From Octopus sinensis (Eukaryota), in the NCBI RefSeq assembly GCF_006345805.1, contig NC_043023.1, forward strand, positions 5,394,001 through 5,458,000: a stretch of DNA of 64,000 nucleotides. Direction: 5' to 3'. Below are positions 13,665 through 27,813 of this stretch, one piece after another (position 1 is the stretch's first letter; every line of letters starts with the position of its first letter). Under the pieces are notes generated by a model, which did not search any database, was not told the origin of the DNA, and worked only from the letters and a program-made list of their open reading frames with translations. The position numbers and the translations under genes were made by a program.

Positions 13665-14335
13665 ATATGTATATATATATACGACGGGCGTCTTTCATTT
13701 CCGTCTACTAAATCTACTCAAGTTTTTGGTCGGTCTCAAGGTGCCCACGTAATGAACCCGGAACCATGTGGTTGGTAAGCAAGCTACTTATCACACAGCC
13801 ACTCCGGCGCCTTGGTAACCAAGGGGGAAATGGGTTGGGCAATATACTTTTATTCTTTTATTTGTTTCAGTCATTTGACTGTGGCCATGCTGGAGCACCG
13901 CCACTTAAAGGGCTTTAGTCGAAGAAATCAACCCCAGGACTTATTCTTTGTAAGCCTAGTACTTATTCTATCGAATCTCTTTTGCTGAACTGATAATTTA
14001 ATAACAAATAATAAATAAATGCGCCCTTTTAAAGCCTAGTCAGGCTCATGGACCCAGTTTCCCGGTTTCAATGGCATATCTGTTCCCCAGCTGGACGGGA
14101 TGCCAGTCCATCAAAGCTTTACTCATTTTTGCCAGCTGAGTGGACTGGAGCAACGTGAAATGCTCAAGAACACAACGCGTCGCCTGATCCAGGAATCGAA
14201 ACCACAATCTTACGATCATGATACTGACACCCTAACCACTAAGCCACGCGCCTCCACGAAGTTACGGGAACATAAACACACCAGCATCGGTTGTCAATCG
14301 ATGGTGGGGGAGGACGAACACAAACACATGCAAAT

Positions 14336-14371
<36 letters not shown>

Positions 14372-14437
14372 TATATATATATATATATATATACATACGT
14401 GTGTGTGTGTGCACGCGTATGTACGACGGGCATACCC

Positions 14438-14666
14438 ATTTCTTTATTACCCACAAGGGGCTAAACACAGAGGGGACAAACAAGGACAGACATAGGTATT
14501 AAGTCGATTACATCGACCCCAGTGCGTAACTGGTACTTAATTTATCGACCCCGAAAGGATGAAAGGCAAAGTCGACCTCGGCGGAATTTGAACTCACAAC
14601 GTAACGCAGACGAAATACCGCTAGGCATTTCGCCCGGCGTGCTAACGTTTCCGCCAGCTCGCCGCC
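14438..14666 (-). mobile_element. Family B SINE (other copies ~46755-46961 +, ~56925-57155 -, older ones at ~42725-42950, ~55600-55830, ~56805-56925)
   Basis: Shared core gccgaggtcgactttgcctttcatcctttcggggtcgataaattaagtacc. Confidence 0.88.
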
Positions 14667-14804
14667 ATCAATCTATGTATCTCTGCCCTCCTCCCTAACC
14701 CTAACCCTATGCCTAATTGGTTTCATTTATGCATTTATATTTCTTCACTTTTTACTTTCTTTATCCTTACTTTATGTTCGATCCTCTCTCAGCTACCCAC
14801 TTCC

Positions 14805-14874
<70 letters not shown>

Positions 14875-14907
14875 GTCTGTCTCTCTTTCTCTCTCTCTGT
14901 CTCTCTC

Positions 14908-15560
14908 TCTATCCGCTCAGTCAAAGTTGACTCTCGGTTATTCGATGGATCAGTGTTCTCCAGCCAATTCTATTCTGGGTCGCTTCTTTCAGATTGGCTA
15001 TGTCCATTCCGGTATCACTCTTGATGGTGTCAAGCCAGTGGGTTCTTGGTCAGCCTCTTCCTCTCTTGTCACTGACCATTCCGAGCATGATGTCCTTCTC
15101 CAGGGATTTTCTCCGCATAATATGACCAAAATATACCTATCTATGCTTGCTGATCCTAGCTTCCAGCGACAGATTCAGCTTGATCTGGTTAAGAACTTCT
15201 CCATTGGTGGGCCTCGCTGTCCATGGAATCCACAAAAGTCTTCTCCAACACCAAAGCTCGAATGCATTAATTATCTTCTGGTCAGCTTTCTTTAATGTCC
15301 TTCAAAGTCCAACCGTTCTCCTCACCGTGGTGCTTGGGGTGGCAACGGCATATGATGAGTATGCTGGCTAAACGGCTCTGGCCTGGGGAAAGACCTGGTC
15401 ACCTACCCCAGAATTTTGGCCAATATACTCTATGGATCAAAATTGTAAGAACCCACTTCTCTAAACCTCATATAATAAAATATCACCTACACCCCATCTC
15501 TAGCCTATCAAAGAACCAGTCTAGCAGACTCTTATTTCACCCGGGTCACTGAACTTAAAT
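14908..15560 (-). mobile_element. RTE-BovB-like LINE, 3' fragment, degenerate
   Basis: Minus strand translates to YFGHIMRRKSLEKDIMLGMVSDKRGRG*PRTHWLDTIKSDTGMDIANLKEATQNRIGWRTLIHRITESQ, typical of the C-terminus of RTE/BovB ORFs, with stops. Confidence 0.85.
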
Positions 15561-15851
15561 ATCATATAAACTCTTTTACAAACTATATTCTTAACCTAAC
15601 CTCACCCCTTAATGCCCACAACGGCCAATCTTGTCGGTCATTCTCCCATTTCATGGTCAGCCTCGACAGACTTCAGCCACGTCTCCGCCATATTCTTGGG
15701 ATATTCTTTTGTTTGTAAAATTACGTTTCATCTGATGATTATGGTTTTTTGTAATGAAGTAATGTTATCCTTCATCTATTAACACACCAGCATCTGTTGT
15801 CAAGCGATGTTGGAGGGACAAACACAGACACACAAACACACATATATATAT

Positions 15852-17212
15852 ACTCTTTACTCTCTTTTTTACTCTTTTACTTGTTTCAGTCATTTGACTG
15901 CGGCCATGCTGGAGCACCACCTTTTAGTACTTATTTTATCGGTCTCTTTTTGCCGAACCGCTAAGTGACGGGGACCTAAACACACCAGCATCGGTTGTCA
16001 AGCAATGCTAGGGGGACAAACACAGACACACAAACACACACACATATACATATATATACATATATACGACAGGCTTCTTTCAGTTTCCGTCTACCAAATC
16101 CACTCACAAGGCATGGTCGGCCCGGGGCTATAGCAGAAGACACTTGCCCAAGATGCCACGCAGTGGACTGAACCCGCAACCGTGTGGTTGGTTAGCAAGC
16201 TACTTACCACACAGCCACTCCTGCGCCTACATGTATATATATATATACATATACATATATATGACGGGCTTCTTTCAGTTTCCGTTTACCAAATCCACTC
16301 ACAAGGCTTTGGTCGGCCTGAGGCTATAGTAGAAGACATTTGCCCAAGGTGCCACGCAGTGGGACTGAACCCGGAACCATGTGGTTGGTAAGCATTCTAC
16401 TTACCACACAGCCACTCCTACGAATTAAAAATGAAACTTTTTTATTTTCCATTTCAAGGAAAATCTATGAGGAGCGGCTGGAGGACTTGAAATTCACACA
16501 CACACATAGATATGCGACTTCACCCTCCATTCCATAAAATCTCCCCTCACCCTACATACATGCGCCCATCCATCCGCCGCAACATTACCACTATCACTAT
16601 TGCTATCGCCTATCCTGGTGTCAAAGTTAACTGCCCTTTGTTTTTGTGTATCTATACAATCCTCTGTGTGTATGTGTGTGTGTGTGTGTGTACGTGATTG
16701 TATTGTGTGTTGGTTTTCAAAAGTGTGACAGATCATGTCACGAAGTGCGTCATGAAATCACAATTAGTGATACCATCTAAACCATCTTACTCACTAGGAA
16801 TGCCTATGTATGTTCGTGTGTGTGTGTATGTATGTATATGTGGCTGTGTGGTAAGTAGCTTGCTTACGAACCACATGGTTCCGGGTTCAGTCCCACTGCA
16901 TGGCACCTTGGGCAAGTGTCTTCTACTATAGCCTCAGGCCGACCAAAACCTTGTCAGTGGATTTGGTAGACAGAAACTGAAAGAAGCCCGTCGTATATAT
17001 ATATTATATATAAAAACATATGTGTGTGTGTGTGTGTGTGTTTGTTTGTTCCCCAACATCGCTTGACAACCGATGCTGGTGTGTTTACGTCCCCATAACT
17101 TAGCGATTCGGCAAAATACACCGATAGAATAAGTACTAGGGTCGATTTGTTCGACTAAAGGCGGTGCTCCAGCATGGCCACAGTCAAATGACAGAAACAA
17201 GTAAAAAAAAGA

Positions 17213-17213
<1 letters not shown>
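15852..17213. mobile_element. Family A SINEs: 15852-16228 (-), 16261-16420 (- head), 16841-17213 (+)
   Basis: Head/body motifs. Confidence 0.85.
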
Positions 17214-17278
<65 letters not shown>

Positions 17279-17498
17279 TCTTTTTCTTTTACATGCTTCT
17301 GTCATTTATATATATCTGTCATATATATATATATTTAATTGGAACTATCCAAACAATAGCAATCAATTTACATGAGTAGAAAGTTATTTTTAAAACAATT
17401 TTTATCCTGAAAATCACCAGTTACTTTTATTTTAAAGTGAAAGAGAGGAGAAAGTGAAAGTTGAATGAACTTGCAGGTGCGTGTGTGTGAGAGACAGG

Positions 17499-17555
<57 letters not shown>

Positions 17556-17763
17556 CTACTTAGACATGAGAACATGAGAACACAAACGTCCACTTACTCA
17601 CACTCTCCCTCTCTCCCCCTCTCTCTCTCTCTCTTTCACACACACACACACACATACATACAGAAAAGATGTACGCATATGTATTGGTGTATGTACGTAT
17701 ATATGACGACACACCCCTTGAGTCACTCTCTCTCTGTTTCTTTTTCTCTCTCTTTTCCTCTCC

Positions 17764-17817
<54 letters not shown>

Positions 17818-17850
17818 CCTCATGTCCATTTCATACACACGTACATACGT

Positions 17851-18171
17851 GGAGGCGCAATGGCCCAGTGGTTAGGGCAGCGGACTCGCTGTCATAGGAT
17901 CGTGGTTTCGATTCCCAGACCGGGCGTTGTGAGTGTTTATTGAGCGAAAACACCCAGAGCTCTACGAGGCCCCGGCTGGGGGTGGTGATCCCTGCTGTAC
18001 GCTTTCACCACAACTTTCTCTCACTCTTACTTCCTGTTTCTGTTGTACCTGTATTTCAAAGGGCCGGCCTTGTCACTCTCTGTGTCACGCTGAATATCCC
18101 CGAGAACTACGTTAAGGGTACACGTGTCTGTGGAGTGCTCAGCCACTTACACGTTAATTTCACGAGCAGGC
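17851..18171 (+). mobile_element. Family C SINE (tRNA-like head), tail type 1
   Basis: ggaggcgcaatggcccagtggttagggc (A box)...gtttcgattccc (B box)...aacttt, then gtcactctctgtgtcacgctgaatatcccc tail. Confidence 0.85.
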
Positions 18172-18230
18172 TTCCATCCCACATACATCTTTCACGTCCT
18201 CCTCGCTTTCACTTTAAAACGAAAGTCAAT

Positions 18231-18640
18231 TCTTTTATTCTTTTACTTGTTTCAGTCATTTGACTGTGGCCATGCTGGAGCACCGCCTTTAGTCAAACAA
18301 ATTGACCCCAGGACTTATTCTTTCTAAGCCTAGTACTTATTCTGTCGGTGTCCTTTGCCGAACCGCTAAGTTACGGGGACGTTAACACACCAGCATTGGT
18401 TGTCAAGTGATGGTGGGGGAGAAGCAAACTTACACGTACACACAAACACACACACGCGCGCGCGCGCGCGCATATACGACGGGCTTCTTTCAGTTTCCGT
18501 CTACCAAATCCACTCACAAGGCTTTGGTTGACCCGAGGCTATAGTAGAAGACACTTGTCCAAGGTGCCATGCAGTGGGACTGAACCCAGAAGCATGTGGT
18601 TGGCAAGCAAGCTACTTACCACACAGCCACTCCTGCACCT
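18231..18640 (-). mobile_element. Family A SINE; internal microsatellite includes a (CG)n run
   Basis: Full head and body in reverse orientation. Confidence 0.88.
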
Positions 18641-19069
18641 AATTTTTTTGTTTACGGAAATTGACGAACTTCGAATGATGAAACCACATTTAGTTAAAAT
18701 TATTTCTAAATGATTAAAATACTGTGTATGTCAAAAGTCAACAGTTTTTCTCTTTAAAAAAGAGAGTGAAAACTATGTGTGTGTATATGTCACAGATAGC
18801 GGATGTGTGTTTTGCTGATTGACAAGCCATGACATTCGTTATATGTGAGTGTATTCTGTATGTGTTAACATCACGGAAGTCATGTATTTTTTCATCAAGA
18901 AATACCAAAAATTGTGTTTCACCGTTTAAATAGAGGTCCAAATGTCACAAAGATTTGTACTGTACTGCTGAAGTTAAGTATGAAAATAAATATGTAAAAA
19001 AAAATGAAGATAAAATGTATTGTTTCTGAGAAATTTCAGTTACACACCAACATCCCTAGAGTTTTAGTG

Positions 19070-19100
<31 letters not shown>

Positions 19101-20751
19101 GTGTGTGTGTGTGTCAGAGACCAAAGTGTATGTACGCCGCCATATGTATATAAAAAGGAATGCAAAAAATGGGTCAAGAACACAAACATCCAGACAGCTA
19201 GATGATACAAAAAAGGAACAACAAAACATCCAGACAGATGATACAAAAGAGGGACAAGAAAAAACACGGTCGAGTCATCCGAAGTTTTCTTTCCTCAGTC
19301 GAATTCCAGATTATCGTCGCAATTTCGGCTGGTTATACTCGAGATTGCTCCAATATGGCCAGACTCAAGGAAAAACTAAGCTAAGAGCACTAGATTCCTT
19401 GAAGTAAAGCAGCAAATGTATACAAAAACAAGGATGGAAAAAAAAAAAGAGAAATGTTACACAATTACAAATAACAGGACATAACAACAGGTGTCTTTCG
19501 ACTAAGGACGAATTAAATTAAGCTGGCGTGTGTGGAAGTAAAGCCTTACGGCAGGGACATAAGAGATGACAGGCATGGGGAGGAATATAGATGTTGCACG
19601 TCATCTATATGACGTCATTGATTGGTTGAAATTGCCGAAATACAAGAAATTTAATAACAAATAGCTTACAAACTACATAATTTTCTGAAGAACGCCAAGA
19701 GAAAAAGATGTTTTATGTGACACATTCTACCAGTATACGAAGTTTAAAAGTGTTTAATTACAAAAAATGATTTTTTAAATCTGCCGGTCAAAGTGAAAAG
19801 ATCCCCTTTGTCCATTTCCTCGCATACTGTTATTTTTTATTATTTTGGAGCCTTCTGGTTGTTGAATTGAGACTTTAGCTCTCATTTCTAATTAGGTTGA
19901 TACTCACTGCACCCTTAAGGCTTCGTGCTAATTTTATATTGCTATTAAACCTGTGAACTGCCTGTATTACTGCTGTTAATATTATCAATTTAAAATATTT
20001 GCCATAGATGGTATTAACAATATATTTATTTATTTACTTACTTATGTGCTATTTTAAAGCCTAGCCAGGCTCATGGGCCCGGTTTCCCGGTTTCTGTGGC
20101 GTATGAGTTCCCCCCAGCTGGACGGGACGCCAGTCCATCGCAGCGTTACTCAAGAAACAGGAAGAAGGAATGAGTGAAAGAGTACGACAGGGGTCACACC
20201 ACCCCTTGCCGGAACCTCGTGGAACTTTAGGTATTTTCGCTCAATAAACACACACAACACTCAGTCTGGGAATCGAAACCACGATACTCCAACCGCGAGT
20301 CCGCTGCCCTAACGACTGGACCATTGCGCCTTTACGGTACTAACAGTAGTAACATCTTATTTCGAATGATCTTGGTCGGCTGAAATTACAGTAAAACAGA
20401 CTCGGCCAAGGTCCCACACAGTGGGGTTGAACGCGAAATTATGTATTTGGGAACTATGTATGTTTGTGCTTACTATAACCAACTCCATATGATATACAAT
20501 TTGTATATCAGTTGTCGCTGAAGACTGGCGATGTTACATGCGATGAAAAAGATCGTTTTTTCCTTTATAAAAGTTTACAGGGATAAAAATGGAAAAGGAA
20601 GATGTAAGAAAAGAATAAAAGTTCTTTTCTATAGATGAAGGGTCATAACTACTGTATTACTCAATTATTTAAATTATAGAGTTACCTCCCATCAGCTTGT
20701 TAACAAACACCCAAATTATAAAAGCATGTCTGAAAGCGTATTATTCATATA

Positions 20752-21263
20752 CCGTAAATCCTCGAGTATAATCCGCACTTTTTTCACAAAATTTAAAGGT
20801 CAGAATCCCTTGTGCGTATTATTTACGAGGTTAAAAATGAAAATTATTTTCTAAGCAATGTCCTAGTCTCTATTTGCTGTCCGGCAATGTTTATTCAGAC
20901 GCATTTTGTGATGTCGGGCGTGAAAATACCTTAAGCTAAGCCTGAAAGCAATGAAGTCATAAAAGAATCATCCATAACTTGCAGTTAGCAACATTTATTA
21001 AACGTTATTACTGTTATTTCTTTATTTTCTGCAAACAAAATGCACAAAAAAGCTACACGTTTGCATTATGTTATATATACAATAATAATAAAGGACGTTA
21101 CCGTATACATTTTTACAAACCAAGGACGTTATATAGACCTCCTTGACTCAAGTTAAAGAAGGGGTGCGTATTATACACAAGGTTTAGGTTTTTCAGAGGT
21201 ACAGCCCACTAAAAATCCCTTGCGTATTATACCCAAGGGCGGACAATACTCGAGGATTTATGG
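20752..21263. mobile_element. Non-autonomous TA-targeting Tc/mariner-superfamily MITE (Tc2/pogo-like ends)
   Basis: TA-CCGTAAATCCTCGAGTAT...ATACTCGAGGATTTATGG-TA. 512 bp. Confidence 0.85.
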
Positions 21264-21589
21264 TACTAAATATTAATGGTTTATTTATCTGAAATTTTTT
21301 TTTATCTCATTTCAGTCATTGGACCGCAGCCATACTGGAGCATTGCCTTCACGGGTTTTAGTTGAACAAATCGACCCCAGGACTTATTTTTTATATCTAG
21401 TACTTATTTTATCAGTGTCTTTTTTTTTGCCGAGCCACAAGGCTATGGGGATATAAACACACCAACACCAGTTATCGAGTGGTAGTGGGAACACACACAG
21501 ATAGATAGATGCATACATACATACACACATACATAGATACATACATACATACATACATACATACATACATACATACATACATAAAATAA

Positions 21590-21841
21590 AATAAATACGC
21601 CCTTTTAAAGCCTAGCCAGGCTCATGGTCCTGATTTCCCGGTTTCTATGGCTTATGTGTTCCCCAGCTGGACGGGATGCCAGTCCATCACAGTGTTACTC
21701 ATTTTTGACAGCTGAGTGGATTGGAGCAACGTGAAATGAAGTGTTTTGCTCAAGAACACAACGCGTCGCCCGGTCCAGGAATCGAAACCACAATCTTACA
21801 ATCATGATGCTGACACACTAACCACTAAGCCACGCGCCTCC
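21590..21841 (-). mobile_element. Family D SINE (also 14012-14255 and 59361-59600, both -)
   Basis: Reverse of ggaggcgcgtggcttagtggttag...gtttcgattcctggaccgggcgacgcgttgtgttcttgagc...atggactggc..cccgtccagctgggg...gcctggctaggctttaaaagggc. Confidence 0.87.
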
Positions 21842-22671
21842 ACACATACATACACGTATATTATCTCTTTTACTTGCTTCAATCATTACAGTATGGCCAC
21901 GCTGGAGCACCGCCTTGAATTTTTAGTCGAACGAATCGACCCCAGTACATATTCATTTGCTGAGCCTGGTACTTATTCTATCGGTCTCTATTGTCGAACT
22001 GCAAGGTTACGAGAACATGCATACAACTCTGGTTGTCAAGCGGTGATGGGGATACAAATACAGACACAAAGATACACACACACATGCATAGATACATACA
22101 TATGTATATATATGTGTGTCTGTGTTTGTATCTACACCATCACTTGACAACCGATGTTGCTGTGCTTACGTCCCCGTAATGTAGCCGTTTAGCAAAACAC
22201 ACCGATAGAATAAGTACTAGGCTTACAAAGAGTAAATCCTGCGGTTGACTACCATATAAGGAATTTTTGTGCTGTCTTCCACAAAAATTCCTTATATGGA
22301 ACTATGAAACCCGCTTTACCTCATTTCTATAATTAGAATATCTTTATTGTCTCCTTCAACTTATTCTTCCCTCTCACAGTAGTTTGGATCAACCAAATCT
22401 TAGACAGTCAGTTGATGGGCTCCACTACCTCAAGTGTTCTTAAAATTTAAATCCACATCTTTGTCTATATATCTACCTTCTCTATAATGTTATCACTTGA
22501 TATGAAAATTATGTATTAATGGAAAACCTCTATAATTGGCTGATGAGTGCTCAGCATTTTAAAACTGTTGTAATACTTACAACATTTAATAAAATGATGT
22601 AGTACGAAACGATCGTACCAAATTACCGGAGTCATTCTTGTTGCTTATTTTGATTATATATATATATATAT

Positions 22672-22862
22672 CTGTGCAGGTGGCACATAAAAAGCACCCA
22701 CTACACTCTCTGAGTGGTCGGCGTTAGGAAGGGCATCCAGCTGTAGAAACACTGCCAGATCAGCCTGGTGCAGCCTCCTGGCTTCCCAGACCCCAGTTGA
22801 ACCGTCCAACCCATGCTAGCATGGAAAACGGACGTTAAACGATGATGATGATGATGATGGTG
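22672..22862 (+). mobile_element. Short RTE 3' tail ending in (GAT)n (related copies at 12867-12929, ~25430-25760, ~10100-10272)
   Basis: ggaagggcatccagctgtagaaac...ccatgctagcatggaaaacggacgttaaacgatgatgatg. Confidence 0.85.
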
Positions 22863-23149
22863 ATATATATATAATAAAACAGGAAAATGGACCATTTTTT
22901 TCTGGTATTATTTATTCCCCATTACACGTGTTTCATTTGCAAATAGGAATTACATAGTTTTACATTTTAGATAAACATGTAAAGAATTTCCAGTTAAAAA
23001 TTCTTCAGGCAGAGAAAGTAAATAATACAAATTTCACATTTGAATGAAGTGTTTATATTTAGAGAGTAATCAAGAGCAGCACAAACTGTCCCACTACAGG
23101 AAGAAAAAAAAGAGAGAGAGAGACACTGACCCATCTTAGCTACCAACAC

Positions 23150-23180
<31 letters not shown>

Positions 23181-26100
23181 TATATATATATACATGTGTG
23201 TGTGGAGGCGCAATGGCCCAGGATCGCGGTTTCGATTCCCAGACCGGGTGTTGTGAGTGTTTATTGAGCGAAAACACCTAAAGTTCCACGAGGCTCCGGC
23301 AGGGGGCTGTGGCAGTCCCTGCTGTACTCTTTCGCCACAACTTTCTCTCACTCTTTCTTCTGTTGGCCTGCTCGCTTAGCCAGCGGGGTGGTGTCATTTG
23401 AAGGCTAAAAAACAATGCAAAGCGCATTGTGACCAGCGATGTGTAGCAACATCTGATAGCCTGGTCGGTCACAGTGATCACGGTGATATATATATATATG
23501 AGATATGAGGAGTCTTTGTCAGTATGACTCAACCTAATAGGTATGCGTTCTGAATACTCAAATAACAGGTGTGTCACCAAAATTCCAGTTTGAACACCAA
23601 CTGGAGTTGTGGTTATGTGATTATCTTGTTCAAAAAGGTTAAAGGTGGCTTCCTTCTGAGTCAGTAGGTGTAGGTTAAAATAGTGAAGGAAGGCAAGCAG
23701 TAAGATATTGCATGTTAAGGACATTTACCATAAAAACCCATGTAATTTTTGCACCTGTGTAATTTACACAGGTGATTTACAGGATAAAAATTGTTTAAAA
23801 GAGCTTCTACTCATGTAAAATTCGCACCCAAAAGTTTTCAGAATTGCCGATACGCCCATATTTAGCATAATTTCATATACATATGATTAGATTTTATTAA
23901 ATTTTCATTAAATAAAAATAATTTCTGTTTAACAGGTATCACATTGAAAGCTATTAAATTACGAAATGTTTGTGTTGTTTATCATAAACTTTGTTTCACA
24001 TTTCTTGCCAACAAGAGATTATGTCTGATCGTTAGCATACTTCTGTATGTCTTCTGAAATGATGATTGCAGAAGTTGTTGATAATTCTTATCAACAAAAT
24101 CAAAGCTGATAAATAGGCACAAGTGTTGCAAAATAAGTTTAATTACCAATAAACATCAGCTTGGATGACACTTTACTCAACAGACAGCGGAAGGTGACCA
24201 ATGAAACTGATTATGTAAACAGAATTCTGATTTGTCAAAAGTGTCTTCTTGTCTCAAGCTCTGATTTTCTACCTATTCTTGTAATCTTTGATACAGAGTA
24301 TCGAAATTTGAATCCCTTTCACACTTATAAAATGTCAAGCAAACTTTAAAATTTGTCATTACTGTTTTAGCCGTGAGACCAAACTGATAGTTTGGTAACC
24401 CACTAAAATAAACAGTAAAAATCAAAAGGAGAAAATACACAGCTTTGTAAGTTTAACTCAGTGTTTATTGAACAGGAGAGGTGTGAAATTTAAGAAGCAA
24501 CTTGTTAGAGTAAACACATCTGTGAGGAGACAGGAACAAGAATAGCAAAAATCTACAATACCAAAAGAACTGGTAATACATACAAGTGTTCTATGAAGAG
24601 AACATTAGATTGCTGCATAATTCAACATGAATGTGAAGTGATATTAAACATCGTATAAGGTAAATGAAGGTTTCTGTAGGAATGCTAAGTCATATTCATT
24701 TAGTGAGTTTACGTGCGCAAGGATGAATTATGATGTTGTCATCAGCGTTAGATGCAGTAAGAGCTGGTAGTGGCAATTGTTGGCAGTGATGAATTTCATC
24801 GTCCTAATGCAAAGAAAGTGAGCAATAGCTTCCTGGAGGCAAACGCAAGCTAGACTCCCTAAGGGGAGAAAAACTGATCTATTTAAGGAAATTTGCTGGG
24901 CTCCATTGCGATAAGTAGAAACTCCAAGCAATGTGAAATATGGCCCAGACCAAGATTACCAGCATGAATGTCAAACTTCAAAAAGTAGTTAACCATTTTT
25001 AATAGTTTTAGTAAATTTATACAGAAAAAGTAAGCATTATACCATCCAGCATAGATAAAAGTCAACTTCATTATATTTTTGCTGTAAAAACCTATTCTGA
25101 CATTAAATGAGTCAACTTCCGGTACAAATATTTACAATTGTACATCAACCATCCCATTTATATTCTGAGTATACCCAGCATTTTGCCACCGTCTCTATCC
25201 TGCTGTCTCCTACTCTCTCTCTCCTTCTCCACTTCCCTCAGTTGGGTAACCATGTAATTTCTTTGTGGTAGCACATCTCTTTCTGTCTCCATTCCTGATC
25301 TTTCTCTCTCTGGCTGGGTAACCTTGTACTTCCTCTACAGTAAGACACCTGTATCTGTCTCACTATAACCTTTTCATCATCCAACACAAGATCACCTCCT
25401 CTCCTCTTGAAAGTTTTTTTGTCTTGCAAGTACTTGGTGACCCTGTCAGTGCAGGTGCCACTTAAAGCCACCCATTCCACACTGTAAAGTGGTTGGTGTT
25501 AGAAGGGCATCCAGCTGTAAAAACCTTGCCAAGACTGACCTCATCTGTGCTTGTTCCTTGTAAAAAGCACTACTCAGCTTGCCTGTGCTTGTGTCACAAA
25601 ACAGCACCAAATCCACTCTGCTGAGTGGTTGGTGTTAGGAAGGGCATCCAGCCGTAAAAATCTTGCCAAAACAGTCACAGAAGTCTGGTGCAGGCTTTGG
25701 CCTAGCCAGCTCTTGTGAAACCATCCCACCCATACTAGCATAGAAGGTAGACATTAAACAATGAGTAATGCAACTATTTTTCTTCCTCTACACAGATACG
25801 ATAATGTATCTGTGTCTATTTCTTTGTGTATGAGTAATGATGCGTGCATTTGTGAGGTACTAAATATCAGCTTGTACATGTGTCTTTTTACTACCACATA
25901 AGTCTTTCTGTATTACTTCCCCCAACAATGAGTAACAGTTATTTGCACCACAATAAATAAATGTGTGTGAAAAATAGTTTAGTTGGCCTATATTTCAGAA
26001 CAAAGACGGCTTCAATTGTTATTGTGACAGAATGCTCGTTAGATGTCTTTATTTCTTTGTGTGTGTGTGTGTAAACACTTATTTTCCCCAAGCATCAAGC

Positions 26101-26205
26101 TAATATATTTATTGTGCACATCTTCATGTTCATTTTCCTTTTCTTTTCTTTTCCAATTTTTATTTTTTTATTCGTTTTTGGCTATATGTGTGTGTGTGTG
26201 TGTGT

Positions 26206-26500
26206 GGAGGCGCAATGGGCCAGTGATTAGGGCAGTGGACTTGCGGTCGGAGGATCGCGGTTTCGATTCCCAGACCAGGTGTTGTTTATTGAGCGAAAAC
26301 ACCTAAAGCTCCACAAGGCTCCGACAGGAGGTGGTGGTGATCCCTGTTGTACTCTTTCGCCCCAACTTTCTCCCACTCTCTCTTCCTGTTTCTTGAGTAA
26401 CGCTGCAATGGACTGGCGACCCATCCAACTGGGGGGAACATATACGCCACAGAAACCAGGAAACTGGGCCCATGAGTCTGGCTAGGCGTGAAAAGGGCAA
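26206..26500 (+). mobile_element. Family C head with family D tail (also 20052-20332, -)
   Basis: C head followed by gagtaacgctgcaatggactggcg...cccatgagtctggctaggc. Confidence 0.82.
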
Positions 26501-26508
26501 CGTTTATT

Positions 26509-26550
<42 letters not shown>

Positions 26551-26552
26551 TA

Positions 26553-27790
26553 CTGGGTACATAAGTTATTTGAGGACAGATTTATGTTTATTAAAAAAAA
26601 CAACAGATTTATGATAAATTTATTTATCAAAAAATGCTATGAGGATAAAAATAAACCTTCTTTTCTATAATGTTATTCAATAAAGCCACCTTCAGCTTCA
26701 ACAACTGCTTTTATATGAGATCTAAATCATCTACATGCTCGAATCAAGTGGTTCTGGTTCATTTTGGACATTACTCTGACTATGGCAGCTTTCAAAGTAT
26801 CTTTAGTGTTATGGGCATGTTCATTGACCTCTATCTCAACAATGCTCCACATGTAATAGTCCAATGGATTGAGATCTGGGGAATTAGGAGGCCAAATGTT
26901 AGGGATTATTTGAGCATGAAAATTTTCAGCCATCCATTCCTGTGTTACAAGAGCCATGTGTGATAGCGCAGAGTCTTACTGAAACAAATATGGCCTTCCA
27001 TTGCATACACTGTCTACTCAGGGTTTAACAATTATTTCCAGGACCTCAGTGTAGGTGGCAGAGTTAACTCTAACACCTTGTGGAAAGAAGTAAGGAGGCA
27101 TCACATGTCCTTCATTGCTGACAACCCCTAAAACCATGACAGTCACAGGAAATTTTGTATGCATAACACTCGGAACTTCAGAAGAGTTTGCACATAACCA
27201 TCTGCCATTGCTTCACTTGGTCAAAGTTTTTCCTGTTTGAAAAAAAACAAATCAAATTTTCTTCTGCTAGGTTTTTCATTTGTTTAAGAGCCTTTTAGAT
27301 CTGATGTAGTGATTTTCTTTAGCTTTCTCTGACAAACTGACCTTTCCTCATCATATAAGACTTATATCTGATGTCTTTGTGGACAACATTTCTGACTGTT
27401 CCTTCTGACACATGGAGATCTTTTGCAATTGACCTCATGGATTTTCTCGGATTGTAATCAATGGTCCGTTGAACTTGCTGGATAAATTCAGGTGTTCTGA
27501 TGATTTCAGAGCATTTAGAATGATTTTTATGCTTTGATATTGGGGATACATTTCCATCTTCAATCTTTGGCTCCTTAAAAACTTTGTAGACAAAAGATCT
27601 GGCAATGTTTAAAAAACGAGATATTTCTAAATCTCAACCTTTATAACCACAATAACAGCATGTCTCTCCATTTCTTGAGTAAGCTGAAGGTCTGCCATTA
27701 TTATTTTCTGAAACAAAGATTTTACAGAGTTAGCAAAAAATGCAGCAATGACCCAAAAAAGGTATGTCCTCAAATACCTTACGCACCCTG
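26553..27790 (-). mobile_element. Tc1/mariner DD37D (maT-like) transposon relic, near full length
   Basis: Imperfect 28-bp TIRs including TA (26551-26578 tactgggtacataagttatttgaggaca; 27765-27792 tgtcctcaaataccttacgcaccctgta). Minus-strand WPPNSPDLNPLDYYMWSIVEIEVNEHAHNTKDTLKAAI. ORF fragmented. Confidence 0.9.
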
Positions 27791-27813
27791 TATATATATA
27801 TATATATATAAAG

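Noticed and set aside
14693-14709. (CCCTAA)n telomere-like motif
   Set aside because: Under three units. Not an interstitial telomere array.
14717-15552. Plus-strand ORFs of 192, 74 and 85 aa
   Set aside because: Antisense to the BovB-like RTE fragment plus (TCTA)n.
15638-15691. Minus-strand ATGGCGG start (YY1-like motif) encoding MAETWLKSVEADHEMGE*
   Set aside because: Stops after 17 codons with no donor before the stop. Insufficient evidence.
17851-17925. tRNA-like sequences at SINE heads (families A, C, D)
   Set aside because: A/B-box-like motifs are present but there is no complete cloverleaf, and each continues into a SINE body. Not called as tRNA genes.
23278-23724. 148-aa minus-strand ORF
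   Set aside because: Half of it is antisense SINE C. No recognisable domain or splice support for the rest.
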